DNA from: Amoebophrya sp. A120 | Lineage: Eukaryota; Protista; Dinoflagellata | Reading direction: 5' to 3' | Length of the DNA stretch: 31,401 nt | Assembly: GCA_905178155.1 (NCBI GenBank) | Contig: CAJINV010000037.1 | Location: forward strand, 75,754 to 107,154 | Shown here: positions 1 to 11,300 of the stretch, piece after piece | Position numbering within the stretch: the first letter of the stretch is position 1 | How the letters are laid out: each line of letters begins with the position of its first letter | The notes under the pieces: generated by a model | Databases searched by the model: none | The model's input: only the letters and a program-made list of their open reading frames with translations | Told to the model about the DNA's origin: nothing | Position numbers and translations under genes: made by a program

Positions 1-1100
1 GGGGACACGGAGCAAAGCCGCGGCCAGAACCCTTTTCCGCCGCACTGGCACACGGAACAAAACCGCGCCCCCCCCAGAATTGGGCGAGGGCGGTGCCCGG
101 CCGGGTTTTTACGCAAACTTGCAAGGGGACACGGAGCAAAGCCGCGGCCAGAAACCTTTTCCGCCGCACTGGCACACGGTCGGAGCAAAACCGCTCCCCC
201 CCAGAATTGGGCGACGGCGGTGCCCGGTTTGTCGCGCAAACTGGCACGGGGACACGGAGCAGAGCCGCGGCCAGAACCGCCTCCGCCGCACTGGCACACG
301 GAGCAAAACCGCGCCCCCCCCAGAATTGGGCGAGGGCGGTGCCCGGTTTCTCGCGCAAACTGGCACGGGGACACGGGGCAAAGCCGCGGCCAGAACCCTT
401 TCCGCCGCACTGGCACACGGAGCAAAACCGCTCCCCCCCAGAATTAGGCGACGGCGGTGCCCGGTTTCTCGCGCAAACTGGCAAGGGGACACGGAGCAAA
501 GCCGCGGCCAGAACCCTCTTCCGCCGCACTGGCGCACGGAGCAAAGCCGCTCCCTCCCCCCCAGAATTGGGCGAGGGCGGTGCCCGGTTTCTCCCGCAAA
601 CTGGCACGGGGACACGGAGCAAAGCCGCGGCCAGAACCGCTTCCGCCGCACTGGCACACGGAGCAAAACCGCTCCCCCCCCCCCAGAATTGGGCGAGGGC
701 GGTGCCTGGTTTCTCCCGAAAACTGGCATGGGGGTGCACGGCGCAAAAGTGCGGCCCGAAGCTTCGCAGAATCAGCCGGGCGAAGGCGGTGCCTGCCCAC
801 TTTCTCGCGCAGACTGGCTCGGGGACATGGGGCAAGGCCGCGGCCTGCGCTTAGTTTCCCAGACTTGGGCGCAGGCTGTGCCCGGTTGGGTTTCTCGCGC
901 CAACTGGCGTGGGCACACGGAGCAAAACCATGGCCAGAGGCTCCCCAGAGTATGGCGAAGGCGGTGCGTGGCTTCTCGCGCGAACAGGCACGGGGACACG
1001 GACGAAAACCGCGGCCCGAAGCTTCACAGAGAAAGAGTCGGGCAGCCGACGGCGTTGCCTTCCCGGTTTCCCGCGGAGACTGGCAGGGGGACACGGACGA
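1..1100. repeat. GC-rich tandem repeat, about 120-bp unit (about 6 good copies over 1-729, decaying copies to about 1100)
   Basis: GGGGACACGGAGCAAAGCCGCGGCCAGAACC-type unit starts at 1, 125, 248, 367, 485 and 608, with degenerate starts at about 821, 911, 992 and 1087. Each unit has two related half-units. Confidence 0.92.
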
Positions 1101-1714
1101 GCGGGCTGCCAACGTCTGCCGCCGGCTAGCTTCCAAAAGTCCGCCAGCGCTTTCAGAAATCCGGGACCGGCCTCGCGACGTTGGTCGGCGGCTTGCGGGA
1201 TTCCGGCCGGCGCAGACATCCAAAAGCGCGGCCGCATTGGCCAAAGAAAAGCCGGGCGGCAACTTCCGCAAGGCTGGGGGCCGCTTCCTTCCGCAGGTGT
1301 GCCGCCGGCTTTTAGAAGTTAGGCCGCCCGCCCAGCGCTTCGCTCCTAAAGTAGGGCCGCCAGGCAGCGGCGCCCAATAGCCCGGCGCCGACTTCCAAAG
1401 AAACGCCTGCCATCAGCTTGCAGGCCGGTGTCGGAGTCCTGCAAGTGGAAGCGAACACGCCACCCCTCGGGCGCCCATCGGGGCGCCCTATGTGGTAGCC
1501 CGCTGGGGATGGCGCGGCGCTGGCCATTCCTCTACTTCGCGACGCGCGTCCCCGTTGCGGTTGCGTTCGAATGTCGCGAGGAGCAAGCCCGCCCGGCCTC
1601 GGAAACTGCTCCGACGGACCGCCCAATGCCCTCCAAAGATGCAAGGTCTCTGCACGGGGGCCCCAGCCCCCGTGCTCGGACCTTGTTTGTCATGCGCAAT
1701 CCTATGAGAGTTGG

Positions 1715-2326
1715 CTAGATCATGCACTCTTGCATCACAGATTTCCATATTCTATTGTAACGTTTGAGATTGTAACACCTGAGCGGGTTATAAGCGGATG
1801 CGCTGTTTTCTGCGTCGAAGAGGTGTAAGCCCAAGTCAAACGGGGTTCTTCCGGGATTTGGTGCACTGATCCCATGAAAGTCCCGGCTGACCACCACTTC
1901 CATCAAAATTGCATTCGTGTGCTGGTGTTCGTCCTGAGAACCGGCTTCGTAATCGTCGATGCGGACTAACTGGAGTTTATTTTCCATTTCTGGCGCCAGG
2001 AGCGAAATTTCGGCTTCAGTCTGGATGAAACTTGGAAGGTTCGTATTGTTCTGCCCCGCCACTGCACCTGTTGCATTGGCAGGAGGCGTAGTTGCAACTG
2101 GCCCAGCAAGTAAATCCTGTTTCAACCTGCTTTTCAAGAAACCATCCGTAGCGTTTGCCCCTGTTCCAATCATTATTTGCACCTGTTGTTTGTATTGCGT
2201 TTCAAAATTATTCGCACTGCTTGGAATGGTAGCACTACTCCCCGTGGTCCCACAACTCCCGAATCGCCCGACCACGTTCGCCACAAACCCCTGCCAATTG
2301 CAATCGAACGCGTTTAATTTTTTCAC
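1715..2326 (-). CDS. Giant gene, last visible exon (may end near 1750 at another introner)
   Basis: In frame with the EGF exon after removing 262 nt: ...RPECV|KKLNAFDCNWQ. Confidence 0.75.
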   Translation of the reverse strand: MKKLNAFDCNWQGFVANVVGRFGSCGTTGSSATIPSSANNFETQYKQQVQIMIGTGANATDGFLKSRLKQDLLAGPVATTPPANATGAVAGQNNTNLPSFIQTEAEISLLAPEMENKLQLVRIDDYEAGSQDEHQHTNAILMEVVVSRDFHGISAPNPGRTPFDLGLHLFDAENSASAYNPLRCYNLKRYNRIWKSVMQECMI

Positions 2327-5300
2327 TATGCAATGCAGATGTGTCTGGGTCTAGAAACCTGCTATGCTGAATGGTCATGATTGAGTGCTCCTTTCACCGC
2401 AGTGTAGCATGACAAATTTTCACATGCTTTCTGATGCTTAGTACGCTGCATTACAACCTACGATTTTTCAAGACGAAATTGTGGCCTTTTTGTTGCTTTT
2501 ATGCAATACAGATTTTTCAGGAGTGCTGGACACACAATACAGGTTCAACTCCTTTCCAGACCCAAACACATTTGCGATGCATATCCACACATTCCGGCCG
2601 TTTCGTCGTGCCGTTGAGAACTTCACTGTATTTCGTCTGATCACAGCTGCAAGTGTGGTTGCGAAACGCGTCTGTGCACTTGTTATCCATCTTGTTGAAT
2701 TGCGAACACGGGTTGCCGTCTGCACCGGGGACCAAGCAATCATCCACATCCTGGCAATACTGGTGCTGGGTCTGGTCGAAAATGCTGGTTTGGTAACCCT
2801 CGTCGCACTCGCACTGGTAGATGAGCGTGGTCCTGTTTTTATTTTTTGCATGAGTAGTTTTGGATTTTTTGTTTTCAATTTTCATCAGGCGCACGCATAG
2901 ACGCTAATTTTGGGCAAATCAAGATGCGACCACAAGGCTCAAAATTCTGTTAAACACGGCGGCACGCCAGGTTTTCAACGTCTTTAATTTGCCCCAAGTT
3001 ATCGTCTGTGCGTGCGCTTGTATCAGCCGCCGTTTTTCAATCGCAAAAGTCGAGTATACCGTCGTGATTCAGAAAAAAGATCATTTTTTCTGAGTACCAT
3101 ACCACCGTGATTCCGAAAAGTAGCAGTGAAACGATGAAACTTAAACATCAGAATAACCCGTACCGCCGTGATTCGCGACGATTAAACTGATTCCCGCCGT
3201 GATTCAAAGTAGCGATAAAATTGAAAACAAAATCAACGCAACACGGAAAACCAATTGATTCAAAGTACTTATGTACCGATTCCAACTGCAGTTATTCACG
3301 ACCTCCGCCCCGTACCGGTCGACTCCTAATCCGCTTCTGAAATCTTGACACGGGTCCGGCGGAAAGCCCGCCACCATCGTCGCGTTCCGGATTTCCTCAA
3401 CTGTTTTCCCCTTGAACGGATTGCCGCACTCGCAACTAACGTCGTTCACCAAATCGGTGCAGACATTTTCAAACCCGTACGGCCCACAGGGTTCGTCAAA
3501 CTCGTCGCACTCGTTGATTTCCATACAAGTGGTCGGATGGGGTTCCGGGAAACAAGCGGTTTTTTGACTCCTGACTCTTGTCGTGTTCTGAAACGGGTTC
3601 TGCTGCAAGTCGTAGAGAGGAGACTGATACACCACTTCTGTAAAGAAGAACGCGAGGTCTTGGTACGTCAAAGTGGTGTAATACGTGAAGTTGTATTGCT
3701 GCACTGCGGTTGCTGAATCTGAAGAACTGGGCATGGTATAATTCGAGTCGTTTGTGCCGTTCGCGTCAGAAGTCGTTGTCATATCGTTGCTGCTATTACT
3801 CCCGCCTGCTGACATCGCGAGTAATCGCAGGAAATGCTGCAGCGACATTCCGTTGGCCGCTGCAGAAGAAGCGGCGGCGCTGCTGAAGAAGGCTTCGTGC
3901 TTGGTCGTTGTGCCAAGAACTGTTGACCCACCGGATATTTTTTGCTGTTGGATGGACACATCAAAAGCCATCTCTTCTTCCTCGAATTCATCTGACAAAG
4001 CGACCATCATCGCGTCGTCAATCATCGCAGAGTCGCTTCTTCTACCATTCTGGTTTACTACCGCCCCGTTGCTGTTGCCTGTCATCCTTCGCACCCTATT
4101 GACAAAATCCTTCAGCCTGCGGATCGTGTGTTGCCCCGCTTGCACTGACCCGTTGACATAGACGTTTGTCGTGCTGTTTGTCGTGACAGCAGTCCCATTC
4201 GTGTCATTGGTGTCGTTGAAAACGTCTGGCGGACAGACTGGCGTGTCGTTCCGATACCCCGGCGCGCAGATGCAGTAGTAGCTGCCATACGTGTTGTGAC
4301 AAGAATGGTCTTCGGTGGTGTCGTAGGAAAATTTGTTGAAGTCAAACATTCTCCGCTCCAGCCCTTCTCTGATATCTCCACAGGGGCGGAGTTCCAGACA
4401 TTCGTCGATGTCCACACAAGATTCTTCGACCAAAGCGGGCGTTGTCACCACCGTTTCGTTGATACTAGGATCAAACATCGTCGCTTCTGGTCTCACTTCC
4501 GTAAACGTTTTCCGAAATCCCGGGGCGCACCCACAGGTGTAGTTATTCACTCCGTCGAAACAGCGGTTGGGCGGGACGAGTCCGCACGGCATGTCCGCGC
4601 AATCATCGATGTTGTAGCAGGTTTGGTTTAGCCGGTTTTCGAATAAAATTTCGTTGTCGAACGGGTTGAAACTGTAGTTCGTCGAAGTGAGATTAAACCC
4701 GATCCCGCATTCGCATTCGTGTCCGTCTAGTCGGTTGTGGCACTTGTTGTAGCGACTGTGGCCGCAGACGGGCTGCTTCGTGGGGTTTAGGGGGTTTTGT
4801 CCATCCGCGTTTTCGGGGGCGCAGTCGTTGATTTCCTCGCAAATTTCTAAACCAAATTCGTCGATCGCAAGCTGGAAACCAAGTCCGCAGGGGGATCGGG
4901 GGGAAAAATGAAACTATTGCCCTAGCCAGCGCCTCGGAAAAATCTTTTGGAAAATGAGTAGCAACAGGGTCGACGGGTGAAAGAATGAGTCAATGAATGC
5001 GGGGCGACAAAGGCCACCTATCGCTTCCGATTGATCCGGGGTGGGACCGGGGTGGGACCGGGGTGGGACTCGGGTGGGACCGGGGTGGTTGCAGGCGCAA
5101 AACCACTTACACGCCCTCCACAACAGAAACCTGTGGCCGCGACCTGTTTCTGGTCTCCCCGGATTGGACAAGATTTGTCGTACGACAAAACAGGTTCTGT
5201 CGTACGACAAACCCGAATTGTGTCGCACGACAAACCAAACCTGTCACCAGACAGGCAGAAACAGCGCGGGGGAAGAAATCTGTCATGCCAATTTTCTAGA

Positions 5301-8300
5301 AATGACATCACAGATCGCCTGTTGTTGCTCAGGACAAATGAATCTTGCAGACGCAAAGCAAGCCCTCAACAACCAAAAGCGGCGGGGGTGGGGCGGGGGT
5401 GNNNNNNNNNNNNNNNNNNNNNNNNNNNNNNNNNNNNNNNNNNNNNNNNNNNNNNNNNNNNNNNNNNNNNNNNNNNNNNNNNNNNNNNNNNNNNNNNNNN
5501 NNNNNNNNNNNNNNNNNNNNNNNNNNNNNNNNNNNNNNNNNNNNNNNNNNNNNNNNNNNNNNNNNNNNNNNNNNNNNNNNNNNNNNNNNNNNNNNNNNNG
5601 GGGTGGGGCAGGGGTGGGGCAGGGGTGGGGCAGGGGTGGGGCAGGGGTGGGGCAGGGGTGGGGCAGGGGTGGGGCAGGGGTGGGGCAGGGGTGGGGCAGG
5701 GGTGGGGCAGGGGTGGGGCAGGGGTGGGGCAGGGGTGGGGCAGGGGTGGGGCAGGGGTGGGGCAGGGGTGGGGCAGGGGTGGGGCAGGGGTGGGGCAGGG
5801 GTGGGGCAGGGGTGGGGCAGGGGTGGGGCAGGGGTGGGGCAGGGGAGGCTTTATCAATTTTCCGAAGTATGCAACAATTACAATATGGCAATAATTTCGC
5901 GCCGCCATTTCATAACTTGCAGGTGTAGGTCAACTCCCAATTGTCATCCGTGCACTCATTTGTCGTGTTAAACGTCTGAAACAGTCCCCTACCGTCATAA
6001 CCCCCGATCTGCCGCCGGTCGAAATCTTCGTACGTGATTGTCAACTTGCACGGATCATCCGCGCACGTCCGTGGCGGCCGGTACTCCTTGCAACTGGGTT
6101 GCTCCGGTACCGGACTCGAGTTTGGATCAGTTTGTTGCGCACCACCACCTCTCGACAAAGCATCTCGATCAACCATCCCGAATGTTCTGTCTTCATTCCG
6201 TTCATTCACCATACCACATTCCTGCTTCAAACACCCGCGCAACTCCGTAAACAACGTACAGCAGACGTCTTCGTACCTGGGTAGGTACTTCGTAGAGGAA
6301 TAGTTCCCGTCCGACATTAATCGGTGTTTTTCCGAATATTTCAAATCCCTGATGTCCAGCCCGTTCGAGATCGACGCGTCGAAATGCTTCGTGAGTGTGT
6401 ATTCCACTAGATGCTGCAGCACCGTTTGGTTGATGTCATCATCAAATGCGTGCTGAAAAAGGAGTTGCTGGATATCGTTTGTATTCCCTCCCGCCGCAAC
6501 AGCAGCATTTGTGTAGTTCGACATGTTCGAGCTGTTGGAACTACTGTTAGAATCGTTCAACATCATCCCAGAACTACCCGTATCGTCGCCATCATCAGCG
6601 GAAGTTGCTGTTCCGTTCGGATACACGATGCCAAAAGGATTGTTGAACGGGGTTTTCTATCCTGTGTAAAAACGTCCCCACCCCAGAGTTGTCATGCAAA
6701 TGCGCAATGGCAGGAGCATCTGTAATGCGCATCTCCATGGGAGGCATTTCCAATCGTGTTTTGACATTTGTAATGCTGTAAACAGGATGAAAAAGTGGCT
6801 TTCTCATGCGGCTTTCCTTGCTAGCCAGCACTACACTGCAGATGTAAACTTGTCATGCAGAACTCCCAGAACTTGGGAATTTGTGGTGCAGAGTTCCCAT
6901 CTTGACTATGGTGTGGGGACGTTTTCACATAGGATATTTTCACCATGCAGGTGGACCTTTGACAGCGGGAAAACAGCAAATCCGTGATCTCGTAGTAACT
7001 CGGCCGGATGCTTGAAAATTCCATATCAAATGTAAAAATGTCTGGGTCTGGAAGGATGCAAGGTTTGTCATGCACATTTTGCATGAGTCCTGATGTCTGT
7101 GATGCATGCCCTAGCGTCACAGATTATGTGAGGGCTTTCTCATGCCTATACCGCATGAGAAATGCCCTCTCGAAATGGCAAAAACTGGACCTCTTTTGCT
7201 GCTCATGCAATACAAATTTTTTACAATCCAAAAACAGCATCACAAGTTGCATTCTTCCAGACCCAGACATTTTTACAAGCCGTATTCCACGTTTTGAAAC
7301 AACATGCTCTGCTGGTCCAAAAAACCCGTGAAACGATTCACCGTGAAATTCGCAAAATTCTCCTCGTACACACTGCAGTTCTCCTGCTGTGTTTCGTTGG
7401 CTGGAGGTAACTGTTCTCTTACGATGAAACTTGGCGGAATTTTGTCGAAAAAGCTGTGCTTGAAACATTTTTCTTCGCACCGGTCTTGAAATTTCTGCTT
7501 CTGGGTAAGCTGCTTGTAGGCTGGCTTCTTTGCGGCGGCGAGTGCAGCGGATGTATTTGTCATGGCAACTGCAACTGCAGAAGATATCATCCCGCCCAAT
7601 CTGTTGCTTCCCGTCGCATCTCCGTACAGTTCGGTAATCAATTCCTTATCCGATTTGATCACCACTTCCGATTGGAAGACAAAGGGGATCCCGAGGACTG
7701 GCCCTTCCGTTCTGTTCACCGCTGTTCCTCCCGTTTCGTTCCCGGAAGTCTCGTTTCCTGTCATGTTCGACGAATTTGTCATGTTGGAATGATTTCCACC
7801 TGCACTCGCGTGCTTGTGCGCGGCTAGTAACCTCAGTCTCACGTTCTGTCCAAACATTTCCTCATCCTCGAAAAATTCGGTGAGCTCGTTTTTCGGCGCA
7901 GAATCGTATTCATTTTCGAAAACATCTTCTTGCTCCAGGTCGACATCTTGGTCGACTGTGTCTGACCCCGCCAGGAGACGAGCACTAGTGGCCGCACCTG
8001 ATCGCACGGGGCTTGCCTCCCTCGTAATTATCTCCCCATCACTCCCAACCGCAACCGCCTGCGCCCTCGAGGACGGGACGGCGTTTTGGAGGAACAGCAA
8101 ATCCCCACTCACCATCCCAGTCGCAGCAGTAGCAGAGGTGATCCAGGTTTTGAACTCGGTCGATCCGAAGAACCCGTTACTGCTGCTGGTCCCACCACCA
8201 CCAGCCTCAAACCGCGGAAAAATCCTGTCCAAAACCACACTCCGCATATTCTCCGCCGCTTTGAAATTCCAGAAGTGGCCGATCTCAAACCCGAACGTGA

Positions 8301-11300
8301 TTTGACACGAATCGGAATGTTGACTCGTCGTCACGTTCGTAATTTGGAAAAAATCGGTCCCGTTTTTCTGGCTGTTGGTCGAGTCTGCTTGGGATAAGAT
8401 GGGGTAAAAATTAGTTGAATACGAGCTGTTTTTCATGTACTCGGATTTGTACACGAAATCCTTCACGGCGTTCGAAAACGCTTCCTTGAACTTCAAAACC
8501 CGCTGTTGTCGCAAACTCGCGTGGGCGAGGAAGGGGGTAGAGCTTAACGCCGATGAAGAACTACGTGTGCTGGCGTTCGTCCCGCCAGTTGTGCTAGAAA
8601 CTACTGCGTTGAGATCCGTGAAGAAGAGATCCGGGCACATCAAGGTTCTTCTTGGCGATGTAGATGATGTTGAAGTCGAACTCCCAGTCGACCCCGCCGC
8701 ACTGCTCGTCCCGTTCTGACTCCCACTACTAGTATTGCTGCTGTTGCTACTTGTTTCAGCGCTGGTTGTAGTATTGCTGCTGTTGCTTGTACTACCACTT
8801 CCACTGCTACCGCCTGCGCTGTGTCCCGCCAGTTCTCGCAAGGAATGCGGACCGCCACCATGACCGCCGCCGCTGCTACTATTGCTACTCGAGGAAGAGG
8901 AATTGCTAGAACTAGAGTTGTTGCCGGTCGTCGTAGCATCACCACTGCCACTGCTGCTGTTCCCGGAGGTAGAAGAGGAGTGGTTAGTACCTCCACTGGC
9001 AGCTGCCGCTCCGGTCGTGCCGTCCTGATCCGCAACAACTTCCTCATACCCCAAACTGTAAACCAACGTCGTCCTCCCCTGCAACACAAAGTGCGTCACG
9101 TCGTTCACTGGTGGTTCTGCGACCATCGGGAAGAACTCCTGTTCGTTTTGCCCGGCTGATGCTACGGCTAAATCTTTCCAATAAACCAAATCCGGACAAT
9201 AAGCCAAAATCTGCTGTTTCTCCTGCTCATACTCCAAGCCAAAGGGACTGTCGCAGTTTCGGTCGAGGCATTCCAAATAGTGGTAGAAGTAATCCGAACA
9301 GCAGGTATCCTGGATATTTCATCAAAGTCAAAAATCCCCCCTCCCCATATCAAAACCGAAATCTGTGATGCGGGATTTGTGTACACGGGATTTGTGTACA
9401 CAAATCCAATCTGTCTCGCAGTAGAGGACTGCAGGCAGATGCAGCGCCTGAGTAGGGGCGTTCTGCTGTAGACACCTAGCAAGGCAGGCATATCCTCTAC
9501 TGTAGGCGATACGGCATTACAAAGTTTTGCGAAGCGCGGCCGATTCTCTGGCTTTGCCTTCTTGCAAAACAGGGGCGATTTGTGGTCACAGATCAGCATC
9601 ACAAATTTTCAGTAGTGCCCCTTTTCGGTATGGGGAGGGGGGATTTTTCCTCTCAATATATTTGTTGAGCTGTTCGAAGACACAATAGCCGTTCCGTTCG
9701 CAGCCGCATCACACACTTCCGGCATAGCGTTCGCCCCGCTCAGTCGGTAAAACGTCGACGTTACTGGCCAGCTGAGCTTTTCGTGGTAGTCTGCGCCTGT
9801 CGAGGTCAGCGACCCGCTCGCCCGGCAGAACTGCTCTTTACACTGGCTGTAGGACATGCCCGGCGCGGTCTCGTTTTCCGGGGTCGAACTTGGTAAGACC
9901 GGGGGGAAAGTCTCGTAAGTCCGAGCAACGTCGAGGTAGAAGAAACTGCTAGAAGTTGTACTCATATCAGCACTAGTATTGGTCGTGGACGTTGTATTGC
10001 TGCTATTGGAAGATGTCAACGCCCCTCCGAGCTGCAAGTGCTGCATAAACGGCGCTGTGTCTAGGAAGAAAGTTCCACCATAATTAGTAGTTTCGTTACT
10101 TGATGTTCCCGTTGTCACCGCAGGCACGGAGAAATAGCCAGAATCTGCCCCCTTCCGGAACTTCTCATCTAAACTCCCGTCAAACGACATCCCGATCTGG
10201 GACGAAAGTTCGAAATACACTAGCAGTTGTTGCACGTTCGAATTCATTTTATCCTCAAGCCTCCTGACCTCCAAAAAGTTGAAGCTTTTCGAAATCAAGT
10301 CTTTCGTCGTGTTACTACTACTTCCATTTTCCTCGATAAAGGCTGCGCCAAGCGCTTCCGAAAGTTTTTCCGAGACGTGCCTTTCGAAAAACCGCTTCGC
10401 AACCCCACTGTGCTCCTGCTCGCCCGCCAGGTTTCCACCGGAAAAGGCGGCTAGAACGTCCACTGTCACGGCCATCGGCGCTGTTCTGTTTTCCGCAGTC
10501 GCAAGCGCGACGGCCGCTGCTTCGTGGTCTTGTAGGAAACTTGTGGCGTCAACAGAGTAGTAGCCTTTGATGGATTTCACATTCAAGCTCGTTGGCTGGA
10601 TCTGCAATAGAGGATTCGCTGACGCAGCGATCGTCGCATTGCTCGCATTCCCATCTGATGCACCACCTGCTGGCGATACTGCTGTTGCCGTTGCATTCCC
10701 ATTCGTGACGAAAAACGAGGAAAAATCCGCACACTGTCCGTTCTGCAGCGAACTCGTTGCGTTTTCGTAATTCGCCGCAATCGCATTGAATTCTTGCATC
10801 AGGCTCCCAGACGTCGCTAGCGTTTCGTCGCTCTCGTCGTACCAGCCTCCGTGAGAAATTCTAGGGTACAGTGCTTCATCGGCCAGGTTCGCGACACAGG
10901 ACTGCGAATTGTTTGCCGCCAAACTCTGCATACAGAAATAAACGTCGCGGAACGGGAGGTACGTTGCAACTGGAGCTGCTGCTTTCGCACCTGGTGAAGC
11001 AGCAGTAGAAACCACCGGTGTATGGGAAAGTGCTACTCGACCGTATAGGTGGTCGCTCGTGAACGCTGGTCCCGACGAGGATGAAACCGTTGCTGTGCTC
11101 GTTGTGTTATTTTCACCAGCAGCAGCTCCTGCCGTCGTAGAAACAGGCGGCGCTCCACCCAGACAGCACTTCCCATTTTGCGCAAACTGCAACATACTGC
11201 TGTACATAGACGACGTTGCTGCGGAAGAAGTAGATGCTGTTGCGTTTCCATCACCACCCGCTGGTGACACCACCGCGGCTGTGTTGAAAATATCGCTCCT

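Larger units (their letters stand above)
4891..5916 (-). other. Intron with G-rich arrays and an assembly gap; 3' boundary unresolved
   Basis: Separates YTC (GT at 5916-5915) from CGLGFQ of the same EGF repeat. No phase-matched AG found. N run 5402-5599. Confidence 0.65.

Noticed and set aside
80-1380. Long overlapping ORFs in several frames
   Set aside because: By-products of a stop-poor GC-rich tandem repeat.
5600-5845. Telomeric repeat
   Set aside because: Internal to a gene, and the unit does not match TTTAGGG or TTAGGG types.
5031-5971. ORFs with GWGRGGAGVGQ / PHPCPTPAPPL repeats
   Set aside because: Translations of the 11-mer array read through an N gap.
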